This document shows, piece after piece, positions 8,648-18,017 of a stretch of DNA of 64,000 nucleotides. A program made the translations under genes and the position numbers. Numbering within the stretch: the stretch's first letter is position 1; each line of letters starts with the position of its first letter. Source of the DNA: a virus (Duplodnaviria; Caudoviricetes); the IMG/VR virus record IMGVR_UViG_3300002220_000519, positions 1-64,000 of that record. One strand, given 5' to 3'. Under the pieces are notes generated by a model. That model saw only the letters and a list, made by a program, of their open reading frames with translations. It was not told the DNA's origin and ran no database searches.

Positions 8648-9124
8648 TTAGCACTCTTTATATGGTTGTGATTGAGCCGGATTAAAACCTAATGCAATAA
8701 GGCTAGCCTTTAACTTTTGTAGTCCGTTCATGTTCTTGCGTGCTGCCCATATTGAGTCGGGGGAGCCAACAAGTACTTGGCCATAATCGCACTTCGTCAT
8801 AATGCATAGGTCAGGACGGCCCCAATATTTTAAGATTGCTGGAGTAAGTTTTATAATAAGTACTATTGTAACTATAGGCCAAAACGTGCTTTGTAATAAG
8901 ATGTGATTAACGTTCCAAGCTTGATGGAACAAAGCAACCCCTGCCCAAGTCATTGCCCAGATATTTAGTAGGATGTCTATAGTAGCAAAGGTTAGATATC
9001 TGGCTATTGATTTCTGTTTTGCTGGTTCTAAAAGATCTAGGTATCCTACAAGGATACCTAGCGTTATAATAATCCAGGCTATGTTATCTATTGTATTGTT
9101 CATTTTAGACCCCATATTTGACAA
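8648..9124 (-). CDS. Multi-TM membrane protein
   Basis: Three hydrophobic segments. Confidence 0.5.
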   Translation of the reverse strand: MSNMGSKMNNTIDNIAWIIITLGILVGYLDLLEPAKQKSIARYLTFATIDILLNIWAMTWAGVALFHQAWNVNHILLQSTFWPIVTIVLIIKLTPAILKYWGRPDLCIMTKCDYGQVLVGSPDSIWAARKNMNGLQKLKASLIALGFNPAQSQPYKEC

Positions 9125-9264
9125 TAGTTTTTACTGTAAGTTTAATTTCTTTTCGTGCGCGTAGGTCAAATATTGCAAGGATATTCATTCCGTTATCAAT
9201 TTGGTTAGCAAGTAGCTTTGGATCAGGCAGCACTGCAAGCAATTCTGAATAATTGTAGGCATGT

Positions 9265-9459
9265 TTACCCTAAGTCGGTATTATATCTTATGTATAGAGC
9301 AAAGTTTATTGCTCTGGTTGGACTAAGGCCTTTTCCTATAGCCCAACCTAGAGTCAATGAATACCAGTCTAGTTCATTGTTTGCGTCAATACGGTTAGAC
9401 TTATCTGAAGCCTCTTTTTTAAACATTCGTGTTAGTTGTGCTTTTGTAAGCTTGGCCAT
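9265..9459 (-). CDS. Hypothetical protein
   Basis: ORF directly after the permease. Confidence 0.5.
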   Translation of the reverse strand: MAKLTKAQLTRMFKKEASDKSNRIDANNELDWYSLTLGWAIGKGLSPTRAINFALYIRYNTDLG

Positions 9460-9460
9460 A

Positions 9461-10249
9461 TTATTTCCTTTCGTACTTGTGTGGGAATAACAGCTTGTCT
9501 CCTAGTCTAAACACCCTGTCTTGTATAAAGCCAATTAGGACAATAACTAGTAATACTGCAAACACCTTGTCCATACGGCTTTGTCTGGCTGCGGCAAAGG
9601 CCATAGAGCCAAGCCCGCCAGTACGATTTACTAGTTCAGCAACAATTATATATGTCCAACTTATTGCAACTAGTACTCTTATATCATCTGATATTCTTTG
9701 CATGACCGCAGGTATAAAGACTGTTACTATATATTGAAAGCGTGTTGCACCAAGAGTTCTGGCTGTTTGAACATAGACCTCTTCTACTTCGTCTATTCGT
9801 TGTATAACCACAGGCAACAGATAGACAAATATACCAAAGGCCAGGAACATAACCTTCATATTAGTTTCTATGCCGAACCACGCAATAAATATTCCGGTCA
9901 GAGCGGTTATAGGCAGGTAGCGCGAGCTTTCTATGTAGCGCGAAAATAGGCTTCGAAAGAACGGAAATAGGCCTGTAGGGAAGCCAATAAGTAGTGCAGC
10001 TACAACAGCATAGACGTAACCTAAGATGTTTAGCTGTAATGAGTAAAGCATGTTACGTACTAAAGCATCTTCAAAGTGTAGCTCTTTGAAAGATGACAGT
10101 ACTTTCCATGGAGCAGGTAGAATGGAACTAGGCAATATATGACTACCTGTAATTATAGACCAGGTAGTTAATATAATGATGAAGCCAGAGAGTTCAATGA
10201 ATACTGCTGCTTTCTTTGATATCTGACCTCTAGGCTTAAACAGTTCCAT
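9461..10249 (-). CDS. ABC transporter permease, SsuC/TauC-like
   Basis: ILPAPWKV; EAA-like loop TARTLGAT; IRVLVAISWTYIIVAEL; GGLG. Confidence 0.9.
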   Translation of the reverse strand: MELFKPRGQISKKAAVFIELSGFIIILTTWSIITGSHILPSSILPAPWKVLSSFKELHFEDALVRNMLYSLQLNILGYVYAVVAALLIGFPTGLFPFFRSLFSRYIESSRYLPITALTGIFIAWFGIETNMKVMFLAFGIFVYLLPVVIQRIDEVEEVYVQTARTLGATRFQYIVTVFIPAVMQRISDDIRVLVAISWTYIIVAELVNRTGGLGSMAFAAARQSRMDKVFAVLLVIVLIGFIQDRVFRLGDKLLFPHKYERK

Positions 10250-10499
10250 TCAGTTCCCTTCTCTTAAGTTCTGCTGCTAAGTCTGTCTTAATGTCTTGTA
10301 TAGTTTTTGCGTGCTGATCAAGTGCTTTACCCATTTCTTCGGTAATACTAAGTGCAGACGCCTGCATTTTTTCTATAGCTGCTAGGTGGGCCAAAATCGC
10401 TTCCCATTCTTCCCTAAGAATTGTAGTTCGTTCTACAACTATATGGTTTCCAGAGGTAAACTTCTTAGTTAATGAGTCAAACGCATCTTTGAATAACAT
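10236..10499 (-). CDS. Hypothetical protein
   Basis: AAGGAGA RBS; overlaps the permease start. Confidence 0.55.
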   Translation of the reverse strand: MLFKDAFDSLTKKFTSGNHIVVERTTILREEWEAILAHLAAIEKMQASALSITEEMGKALDQHAKTIQDIKTDLAAELKRRELNGTV

Positions 10500-10533
10500 G
10501 CTTGTTTCTCCTTATATGTTTAAGAGAACTATA

Positions 10534-10745
10534 AGAGTAGCTTAGAACTACTAGCACAGCAGTCTTGACAGCGGTATACGGTCTTTTGGTCGTGCTTGGC
10601 CAACCGTCTCACGCACTACTCGCCGAGTCTCCAGCTCGATATGTGCACCCACGATTATAGTTCAGACCCAGAACCCAATTCATTAGAATCGTTATTCCGT
10701 TCTGTAACAGAACGATAGTACAAAGTACAAGTTCTGGGCTACTCT
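10534..10745. ncRNA. Candidate ~210-nt rod-like structured RNA (6S-like architecture)
   Basis: Ends AGAGTAGCTTAGAACT and AGTTCTGGGCTACTCT pair over 16 bp with two G.U pairs on the plus strand; further inner stems and a central bubble. Confidence 0.45.
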
Positions 10746-10746
10746 A

Positions 10747-12279
10747 TTAGTCCAAAAGCTCAAAGTCTGTTCTTCTGTTTTTGGCGCGTCCACCTGACGT
10801 AGTATTATCTGCTACTGGGTTATTAGGACCGTTTCCAAGTATGACAAAACGGTCGGGGTCATAGCGATAGCTGGTAACTAAGTAGTTCCCAACAGCTTTG
10901 GCACGACGCAACGAGAGCTCACGGTTGTAGGCAGGGTCTCCGGTATTGTCAGTGTTTCCTTCAATGCGTAAGCGTGCTCTTGCAAAGCCAGCTGCGATTG
11001 GTCCAAGCTGTTGGTCAATAACATATTTTGCGTCATCACTTAGTATGTCTGAGTCTATGGCAAAGTTTACTGTTATGCGCTTTGTTGTAACAGCAGCCTT
11101 TGTATATTCTTTGGCTGTTGGTTTGGCAAAGTCTTCTTCTTGTTCTGCGGCGTTTGCGCTCCCGGTTAGGTCTGATATGTTATTAAGAACCTTTGTACTG
11201 GAGATCGTACGCCAGTTTGGAAACTTGGCTGGGGTAAACCCTAATGTCATAAAGTTGTCAGCCATAGTATTGTACAGCTTTTCGCCGGTCATACCGCTGT
11301 AACCAGAAGCCAGACCAAAGAAGTTTAAGTTGTCGCCATAGGTACATAAGTAAGCGTTGTCTACAGCTAATTCCATAAAGTCGAGCTTTTGTCCCATACC
11401 GTCGGCCAGCATCTGTGCAGCTTCTTTTCTGGCAGCTTTATTCATGTTTAGGGTGGCGTTGGCTTCTAACCAACCCTCAACAATGCCTGTTAGCACTTTT
11501 TCGTTCTTTTCTAAATAAGAGCGCTTAACGAAGAATACGTCTGCTATGATATTGCTGGCCTGTTTTGTTGACCTAAGAACCTTGGCGCCGCGTACTGCCT
11601 GTACGCAGTCTTCGTCGTCTGGACTCCATACAACGGCGGCGTCGACTTTTCCAGCTTTAAAATAGCTGGCCGCATCAATTGCTGATGGGGCTTCAATGAT
11701 CTTAAGGTCGCTGTAGTCAATAGAACTTGCCATTAGCATACTGATAAGCAGCGTATGACTTGGCTGCGCAAAAGCGACTGCAACTTTCTTTCCTTTCAGA
11801 TCTTCGAACGAATTAATGCCTGGTCGTACGACAATAGCATCTCCACCTCGGGACCAGTCAATTTGGAATACTATGACTGGTTCTTGTTCTGCTAAGGCCC
11901 CGGCGAATGTTGAAAATACGTCGGCGGTGGTCCACATCAGGTCAACTTCATTAGCTTTCCACGCTTCTCTGGCTACGGCTGGATCGTCGATTAACTTGAA
12001 CTCGACGTTCATACCGTATTTCTTAGTGTATTCGCTTTCGGAGTTTGGTTTAAAGCCCTTGTTGTACCAAACGCCGCCGGCAAACCCGCCCCAGGTATTT
12101 ACGCAGATCTTGACGGTTTTCTTACCGAAAAGCGGGGTCGAGCTTTTGGTTTCGCCCTTGCCGGTTGGGGCAATGGAATTGAGCCAGCCGTTCTTGTTTG
12201 CCATTGTTCCTAGGCCAACTAACCCGCCTAATATAATGGCGATTAGTATAACCTTTGATAAGGGTGTAGGTTTGACCAT
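10747..12279 (-). CDS. ABC substrate-binding protein (NMT1/SsuA-like) fused to a C-terminal OmpA peptidoglycan-binding domain
   Basis: NTWGG, DWSRGGDAIV, DLKGKKVAV; VNFAIDSD...IEGNTDNTG...NRELSLRRAKAV...NRRTDF. Confidence 0.9.
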   Translation of the reverse strand: MVKPTPLSKVILIAIILGGLVGLGTMANKNGWLNSIAPTGKGETKSSTPLFGKKTVKICVNTWGGFAGGVWYNKGFKPNSESEYTKKYGMNVEFKLIDDPAVAREAWKANEVDLMWTTADVFSTFAGALAEQEPVIVFQIDWSRGGDAIVVRPGINSFEDLKGKKVAVAFAQPSHTLLISMLMASSIDYSDLKIIEAPSAIDAASYFKAGKVDAAVVWSPDDEDCVQAVRGAKVLRSTKQASNIIADVFFVKRSYLEKNEKVLTGIVEGWLEANATLNMNKAARKEAAQMLADGMGQKLDFMELAVDNAYLCTYGDNLNFFGLASGYSGMTGEKLYNTMADNFMTLGFTPAKFPNWRTISSTKVLNNISDLTGSANAAEQEEDFAKPTAKEYTKAAVTTKRITVNFAIDSDILSDDAKYVIDQQLGPIAAGFARARLRIEGNTDNTGDPAYNRELSLRRAKAVGNYLVTSYRYDPDRFVILGNGPNNPVADNTTSGGRAKNRRTDFELLD

Positions 12280-12306
12280 GGTACCTCCTTTTTGTAGTTA
12301 CAATGA

Positions 12307-13377
12307 TTAATTTATCAGTCTCTCGTATTTGGTTTTTCGTGGAACTAATTCTGGTTCTCTTGAATCGAAGTTAAGAATGTTGTCTGGGTTTGCAGACTGG
12401 GCAATAAGCAGCTTTTTCTCACTGGTTGGAAGCAAGATCATTTCTTCGCTCCTTTTCTCCCAGGCTTGTAGCATGTCTAGCCCTCTGGCTTCGAACATAC
12501 CATTCTGTAAGTCAACGCCGTCCATAAAGCTTTGGGAGATTTCTGTAAATCTTTCCATCTCTCCTATTTGTTGGCCTAGGCGCTCGGTTATGATCTCGAT
12601 AGTTTGCTGATATACTTCCATCTCGTCTCGGTCGCCATTTATAACTCTGCCAGCTGCTTGCATAGCACTCCAGCCTGCTTGTATAGATTTCCACTCGGCT
12701 TCACGTTGTTCGATCTCATCTGCTGTGTCTTCAAAGGCAACCTGGCCAGCTTGGTACATTTTGGACAGAACACGGTACATAAGCTCCATTTTCTGGTGTA
12801 AGTCTGTAAGCCGTATATTTGAGTTTTCTCTTCTGCCTGCCTTTCTTGTTTGTAGAGCTATTTGGCCCATCATTCTTAGACGCTCTTCATCCGTAGCCTT
12901 TGGCAGCCGTGTTTTAGCGTGAGAAGCAATGGACATACTTTGTTCAGCAGTCTTTGCGTTTTCCTCTATCTTTTGTGTAAGCTGTCGCATTACACCTTTA
13001 AGTTTACCGATAGAGGCGTTCATCTTCTCTAAGTTGCTGCTCATAGACTGTAGCCGAGTTTTGAGTACAGCTATTGGGTCTAGGGTTATAAACAACCCAG
13101 TAAGCTTGCGCATAACTACCTTATAAAGAATGCCTACCCTTATCCAGAACTTACGATCTAATAGAACGTAGAGCAAAGCTCCAGCTACTGTAAGCATCAG
13201 GATAAAGGTTATAAGGTTCTGTGTGAATAAGATAAGCCAAGGCAATATCTTAGCAAACAGCATTATCCCTCCAACACCTAATAGTGCCATAAAGAACATG
13301 CCGACTTTTCCTTCTGGTCTATCCCAGAAGGATCTCAGCTTTTGCTCTAGGCCTTGCGGTACCAATCCGTTTTCCAT
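12307..13377 (-). CDS. PspA/IM30-like coiled-coil protein with two N-terminal TM helices
   Basis: FWDRPEGK + 2 TM + DPIAVLK followed by a long coiled coil. Confidence 0.6.
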   Translation of the reverse strand: MENGLVPQGLEQKLRSFWDRPEGKVGMFFMALLGVGGIMLFAKILPWLILFTQNLITFILMLTVAGALLYVLLDRKFWIRVGILYKVVMRKLTGLFITLDPIAVLKTRLQSMSSNLEKMNASIGKLKGVMRQLTQKIEENAKTAEQSMSIASHAKTRLPKATDEERLRMMGQIALQTRKAGRRENSNIRLTDLHQKMELMYRVLSKMYQAGQVAFEDTADEIEQREAEWKSIQAGWSAMQAAGRVINGDRDEMEVYQQTIEIITERLGQQIGEMERFTEISQSFMDGVDLQNGMFEARGLDMLQAWEKRSEEMILLPTSEKKLLIAQSANPDNILNFDSREPELVPRKTKYERLIN

Positions 13378-13400
13378 GCATTACTCCCATGTTTTATTTG

Positions 13401-14033
13401 TTACTTTTTGTAGATCTGGAGCTTTGCAACGTGTTCATCTACTTCTGCTTTAACTGTAGCTAGTGCAGTTGTAAAGTCGTTGGCAAGCTTTTGGATCTTA
13501 TCTTCTTCTTGTGTGGTTTGTTGGCGTAGATCTCCGTGTTGCCTTAAGATCTCGCCTATTTGCTGTTTCTTTTGTTCGATATCAGTAGTTAACGATTGAA
13601 CTTGTGCAGTTAGACCATCCAGGGTTTTATTGGCGTCAACTACTTTGGATTGTGTTAACTGTTGTATGGTCTGCTGGAATTCGGCCTCTTCTTGGTCTAA
13701 TACAGCCAAGCACGCAGAGGCACCTTTCATAATATTGGGTATAGAGCTCCCCATAGCAGTCATTGTTGCAAGGACTGATTTAAGTCTTGCAGTTTCATCT
13801 GGTATGATACTGGCTTGAGCGGATAAAGCAGATGAAAAGTCAGCGTAAGGTTTGGTAGTAGGTGAATCGGCTATAGACTTTTGCAGCTCAACAATTATTG
13901 ACTGGTTTAAACTTGTTGGAAACTGGTGAATTACCGGCTGAAGAATAGCTGGTTTAGTTGTTTGAATTGGTTGTTCTGGCTTTTCTGTATCTTCTACAAG
14001 TCCAGCTTTGACCAGGAAATTTTTAAGACTCAT
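13401..14033 (-). CDS. Coiled-coil protein of the same cluster
   Basis: Heptad-rich; co-oriented with PspA-like and SBP genes. Confidence 0.6.
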   Translation of the reverse strand: MSLKNFLVKAGLVEDTEKPEQPIQTTKPAILQPVIHQFPTSLNQSIIVELQKSIADSPTTKPYADFSSALSAQASIIPDETARLKSVLATMTAMGSSIPNIMKGASACLAVLDQEEAEFQQTIQQLTQSKVVDANKTLDGLTAQVQSLTTDIEQKKQQIGEILRQHGDLRQQTTQEEDKIQKLANDFTTALATVKAEVDEHVAKLQIYKK

Positions 14034-14037
14034 TGCT

Positions 14038-14361
14038 TTAGGCCTTTCTTTTTAAACAATCGTGTAATAGAATGTTTATGTCTGTAAGTTTCTCTCTAAC
14101 TTTACCTGTTGGAGTACGAAGGATAAGGTCGCTTAGTTTTGCTAAGGCCTTGTCCAGACTTGCCTTATTTATTAGAAATTCGATGACGTGTTGACTATGA
14201 ACTGGGGTACTATATTTTACTAAGTAGTCGGTATCGGCTTCTTCGCTGAGTCCTTCGATAGCTCCTGCATAATACTTTATTTCGCCCATTTCGTTCTGTA
14301 TTTTGACAAGGCCAACATTTGTAGCCCCACTAATCCAATAGGTGTCTAATACCTTTACCAT
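14038..14361 (-). CDS. Hypothetical protein
   Basis: AAGGAG RBS. Confidence 0.55.
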   Translation of the reverse strand: MVKVLDTYWISGATNVGLVKIQNEMGEIKYYAGAIEGLSEEADTDYLVKYSTPVHSQHVIEFLINKASLDKALAKLSDLILRTPTGKVREKLTDINILLHDCLKRKA

Positions 14362-14376
14362 AATACTCCTTGTGTG

Positions 14377-14451
14377 TGGTACCTCCGAGGGGGATTGAAC
14401 CCCTGCTTCTACCTTGAAAGAGTAGCGACCTAACCACTAGTCGACGGAGGC
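14377..14451 (-). tRNA. tRNA-Glu(UUC)
   Basis: Cloverleaf; CTACT-CTTTCAA-GGTAG; CCA. Confidence 0.92.
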
Positions 14452-14742
14452 TTATTTCTTTTTTGTTAATTTGGGTAAATCTGGTGATATTGCTTTTATG
14501 TGTATTGTGCTAAGGTCAACATCAGCAAACTGTTTTCCTATATTTACTTTTGCAACTAGGTGATATATAGTAATGCTGTACTCGTGTCCCATATCATGAA
14601 CTGTGGTGTTGGTAGGTACTGACCTATATCTTACTTTTTGTCCGTCTTTGAGTATGGCTGTTCCACCAACCTTTTCGTTTATTGGGTATTTACCAAAGGT
14701 GTAAGTAAGGTACTCCCAGTCATTCTTTATTTTCAGTTTCAT
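14452..14742 (-). CDS. Hypothetical protein
   Basis: Start trimmed to MKLKIKND. Confidence 0.5.
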   Translation of the reverse strand: MKLKIKNDWEYLTYTFGKYPINEKVGGTAILKDGQKVRYRSVPTNTTVHDMGHEYSITIYHLVAKVNIGKQFADVDLSTIHIKAISPDLPKLTKKK

Positions 14743-15001
14743 AGTTTTTTCCCTGTGGGTTTTTATAGTTAAGGGTCCAGCCGTATGCCCAAATTTTGCT
14801 ACCGTCCCTAAAGGACTTCCACAACAGGTCGCCAAGAAAAGCTACTGGGCCCATTAGTATACAAAACAGAGCATAGATAAAGTCGTCTTGTTTAGAGGTA
14901 TCGCTAATAAAGCTGTATTTGCGCTGAAAGTATGCAAATGTCCAGCCAGCTGATGGTAGGCCAGACAGTAACCAAGCAGTAGCAATCAATAATACTTTCA
15001 T
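14720..15001 (-). CDS. Membrane protein
   Basis: Two hydrophobic segments. Confidence 0.5.
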   Translation of the reverse strand: MKVLLIATAWLLSGLPSAGWTFAYFQRKYSFISDTSKQDDFIYALFCILMGPVAFLGDLLWKSFRDGSKIWAYGWTLNYKNPQGKNYETENKE

Positions 15002-15258
15002 GGTGTGTTTCCTTCTATAACAGCAACTCCACCTTTATATGAAGAAAAGACATAGAATGTACGCCCATCTATTACTACTTTGTCGCAGTGAATTGTGTTG
15101 TTACTACCGCTATGGATAGTAGTTCTTTCAAGTTGGTTTGTTATCTGTACTACTTTTTTTGGTTTGTCTTTACTTAGCATAGGTGCAGACACAGTAAGTA
15201 TTATTGCAACAATGACTACTATTATCATAACCTCAACAAGTGTAAATCCATTTCTCAT
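14998..15258 (-). CDS. Type IV pilin-like protein (prepilin N-methylation motif)
   Basis: MRNG|FTLVEVMIIVVIVAIILTVSAP. Confidence 0.85.
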   Translation of the reverse strand: MRNGFTLVEVMIIVVIVAIILTVSAPMLSKDKPKKVVQITNQLERTTIHSGSNNTIHCDKVVIDGRTFYVFSSYKGGVAVIEGNTP

Positions 15259-15269
15259 AGTTTCTCCTG

Positions 15270-15356
15270 TGGTGCTGCCGAGAGGAGTTGAACCTCCATG
15301 GTCTTGCGACCAGGGGATTTTAAGTCCCCTGTGTATGCCAGTTCCACCACGACAGC
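15270..15356 (-). tRNA. tRNA-Leu(UAA)
   Basis: Long variable arm; GGGGA-CTTAAAA-TCCCC; CCA. Confidence 0.92.
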
Positions 15357-15359
15357 AGG

Positions 15360-15806
15360 TTATAAGTCTACGTTAATAAGTTCTAATCCTTCGGGAAGCT
15401 TTGCATAGAAAGGTTTTGTAAACCAATTCTTTTGTAGTTGTTGTCGCCTAGAAAGTATACTATTATAATTAACCAAACTGTTGACATATATAGCAATAGC
15501 TGATGATGCATTGCTAGACTGTTGTAAGTTAGCTACGTCTATAATCTCTTTGCCTTTTGGTAGTGTAGTAATACTATTTAGCTTTATAGCTGAAGTACGT
15601 AGCGCTTCTATGTTTGTTCTTGCAGCAAGTAGGTCTCCATTTTCTGTTACAGATGTAGGGTAAGTACAAAGGAACAGTATGGTTAAGACAAACAATGTTA
15701 TACCCAGTACTACAGCAATACTACCCGCTAGAATACTATTCCAATCGGATCTACTACAAAATATTAAGCTGATGATAAATAAGACCAGTATTACTAGTAT
15801 TAACAT
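15360..15806 (-). CDS. Membrane protein
   Basis: Two N-terminal TM helices plus a helical domain. Confidence 0.55.
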   Translation of the reverse strand: MLILVILVLFIISLIFCSRSDWNSILAGSIAVVLGITLFVLTILFLCTYPTSVTENGDLLAARTNIEALRTSAIKLNSITTLPKGKEIIDVANLQQSSNASSAIAIYVNSLVNYNSILSRRQQLQKNWFTKPFYAKLPEGLELINVDL

Positions 15807-16161
15807 AGACCTTCTTATTATAAGATTCCTATTGTTTTCAAAACGTCATCTCGTTGTTGTAATACTTCTTCAGACTTGCTTATTATTTTCTTTCGGGGGT
15901 TTATAGAATGGATTACTTTTTAAGTTGGCCATTGCTTTTTCAAGTGTCATTCCACAAGAGCCAACATACTGAACACCGTCTTTCCACCAGGCAAAGGCGG
16001 TAAGCGCATCAGTGAAGCCTTGTGTGTAGTTATCCATTTTTGTTCTTCACTATTTCTTCTAGTGCAGTAGCAATACGTTCTAGCTGTCTTGTTATATCTG
16101 GAATGCCATAATCTCGAAGGACAAGAATCATGACTATTAAAAAAAGCCAGATGTCCATATA

Positions 16162-16584
16162 CTATCGCTTTCGTTTTTGAAATAAGTTGATAGCTGTTTC
16201 TAAAGCTCTCCTGTTTGAGAGCTTTAGGGTTGGTATAGGTGGTTCATATATACAGAGAGGCTCATCACTTGTTTCTAGGTCGTGAGGCTGTAGAAAGTAG
16301 CCGTGTCCTTCTTTACAGATGCCCTCTGCGCTATGCAAGCTATCATCATATTTATCAAAGACAATACATGTTTGAACTATGCCATCATTGTTTTTTCCAG
16401 TAGTTACAGTTCCTAGTCCAAAATCTCTATGGTAAACACGTAGGCCAACTGGTATATCCTCGATTTTTGGATCAACACCCTCTACTCTATGGGTAAGGGT
16501 TCGATAAACGTCGGATACTCTGCGTCTGCTAATACGAGAAAACAGTTCTGGGAATGTGTCCCTAGTTACTTTGGTAGGTGGCAT
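16162..16584 (-). CDS. Hypothetical protein (SH3-like RVYHRDFGLGTV)
   Basis: ORF track; motif recognised by eye. Confidence 0.5.
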   Translation of the reverse strand: MPPTKVTRDTFPELFSRISRRRVSDVYRTLTHRVEGVDPKIEDIPVGLRVYHRDFGLGTVTTGKNNDGIVQTCIVFDKYDDSLHSAEGICKEGHGYFLQPHDLETSDEPLCIYEPPIPTLKLSNRRALETAINLFQKRKR

Positions 16585-16793
16585 TCTTCTATCTCTTTCA
16601 ATTTTAGTATGTTTTTGGTATTAGCAACTTCTAATAAGCTATCTGCTAAGGACGTAAGCAGATATGGAAGTTTAGTACCTGCAGCCTTAGTTTGTTGAAT
16701 TGCTGAAGCAAAAGCTATAGCATTGTCACCGCGTATGAATAGCCCTGGCCAATCATCTCCAAACTGTACCACCTGTGTTTCTATTCTGCTCAT
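16566..16793 (-). CDS. Hypothetical protein
   Basis: FGDDWPGLFIRGDNA; RBS present. Confidence 0.55.
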   Translation of the reverse strand: MSRIETQVVQFGDDWPGLFIRGDNAIAFASAIQQTKAAGTKLPYLLTSLADSLLEVANTKNILKLKEIEECHLPK

Positions 16794-16849
16794 ATTTCTC
16801 CAATAGAATATACGAAAAGGGAGAGGATGCTGGGGCCGTAGTTATTCAA

Positions 16850-17140
16850 CTACGGTGCTTTCCATTGGCCTCCTGGTTTTGTAGGGCAGCCAGCTTTTAG
16901 ATAGCATTCAGTACATAGAAAGTGTCCATTCTCTCTATTGTATGTACCTTCATCTGTTACTACATAGTAGTCTGGTGTACAGCGGTTTTGTAGGCCAGCA
17001 TCGATGTATTCTTGCAGCTGGTTAGGTTTCTTGCCACAGCCAGAGCACATTGGTTCAAAATCTCGCACTGTTTTACCGTATGGACATTTTACTGACCACG
17101 CACGTAAAGCACAGGCAGAGCTACAAAAAGAACAGTTCAT
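16850..17140 (-). CDS. Zn-binding hypothetical protein
   Basis: Several CxxC motifs; EGTYNRENGHFLCTECY. Confidence 0.6.
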   Translation of the reverse strand: MNCSFCSSACALRAWSVKCPYGKTVRDFEPMCSGCGKKPNQLQEYIDAGLQNRCTPDYYVVTDEGTYNRENGHFLCTECYLKAGCPTKPGGQWKAP

Positions 17141-17844
17141 GTACTGTAGACATCCTCACGAGTTATACATAGTACTTTGTCGAGCCCTTTTAACATACGG
17201 TTTTTATGTTGTCGGACTCTTTCACGAGATATATTAAAGCTTTTGGCTATAGTATCTAATGTTTGAGGCTCTCCCCAAAAGCCAAAAAGGCGCAGAATCA
17301 TAGTATAGCGTTTAGGATCACGTCTTTTTATTGCGTTAATCACCTTAGTACATAGTAAGCTGTCAGACATATGGCTGATGTTATGCGTTAGTTGTTTACG
17401 GTGGCTTACTACTTCATATGAATTTGTGCATGGTCGTACTAAGTCATTTCTATATGAAACTATGTCTGTGTGGTGGTCCTCAACTACTGTGCTTTTTATA
17501 CTAAAACTACTGTCTTGAGTAATGTTACGCGGAATATGTAAACAGGCTATATTATTATAAACGTACATATTCATTGCATGCCAAATCCATCGATGAGCGT
17601 AGGTTGTAAATTTCCCCTTCTTAGGATCATATTTTCCTATTGCTCTTGGTATAGCAAGTATGCCTTCTTGAACTAGGTCTTCAAAAAGGTCCGGGCGGTT
17701 AAAAGACGCGGCCGTGTTATATACTATGCCAAGTTGAGACTCCATAACTAAGTTACGGGCCTCGATATCATTATGCTTGGCCTTTTCAATTTGGTCAAGC
17801 ATAATGGTATAGTTTTGTACTAAGTCTTTGGGTGTAAATTTCAT
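17137..17844 (-). CDS. RNA polymerase sigma-70 family factor
   Basis: Region 2 DLVQEGILAI.RAI.KYDPKKGKFTTYA..WI; region 4 HTH QTLDTIAKSFNISRERVRQ. Confidence 0.9.
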   Translation of the reverse strand: MKFTPKDLVQNYTIMLDQIEKAKHNDIEARNLVMESQLGIVYNTAASFNRPDLFEDLVQEGILAIPRAIGKYDPKKGKFTTYAHRWIWHAMNMYVYNNIACLHIPRNITQDSSFSIKSTVVEDHHTDIVSYRNDLVRPCTNSYEVVSHRKQLTHNISHMSDSLLCTKVINAIKRRDPKRYTMILRLFGFWGEPQTLDTIAKSFNISRERVRQHKNRMLKGLDKVLCITREDVYST

Positions 17845-18017
17845 GTTCTCTGTGTTTAATAAGGTTAACAGAGTATAGTGTAACCGCAGCGAACAGGTAT
17901 ACTATACTCTCAATCTAAGTGTTCGTCTTCTTTAATGATATACAGAGTAGCTTAGCTAGGTAAAACCACTGAGGCCGAGTATGATCATAATAATCTCCTA
18001 CAGGCATTAAGCCTGCA

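Noticed and set aside
17944-17955. 12-mer AGAGTAGCTTAG identical to the left end of the 10534 element
   Set aside because: No matching right end or internal similarity; consistent with chance.
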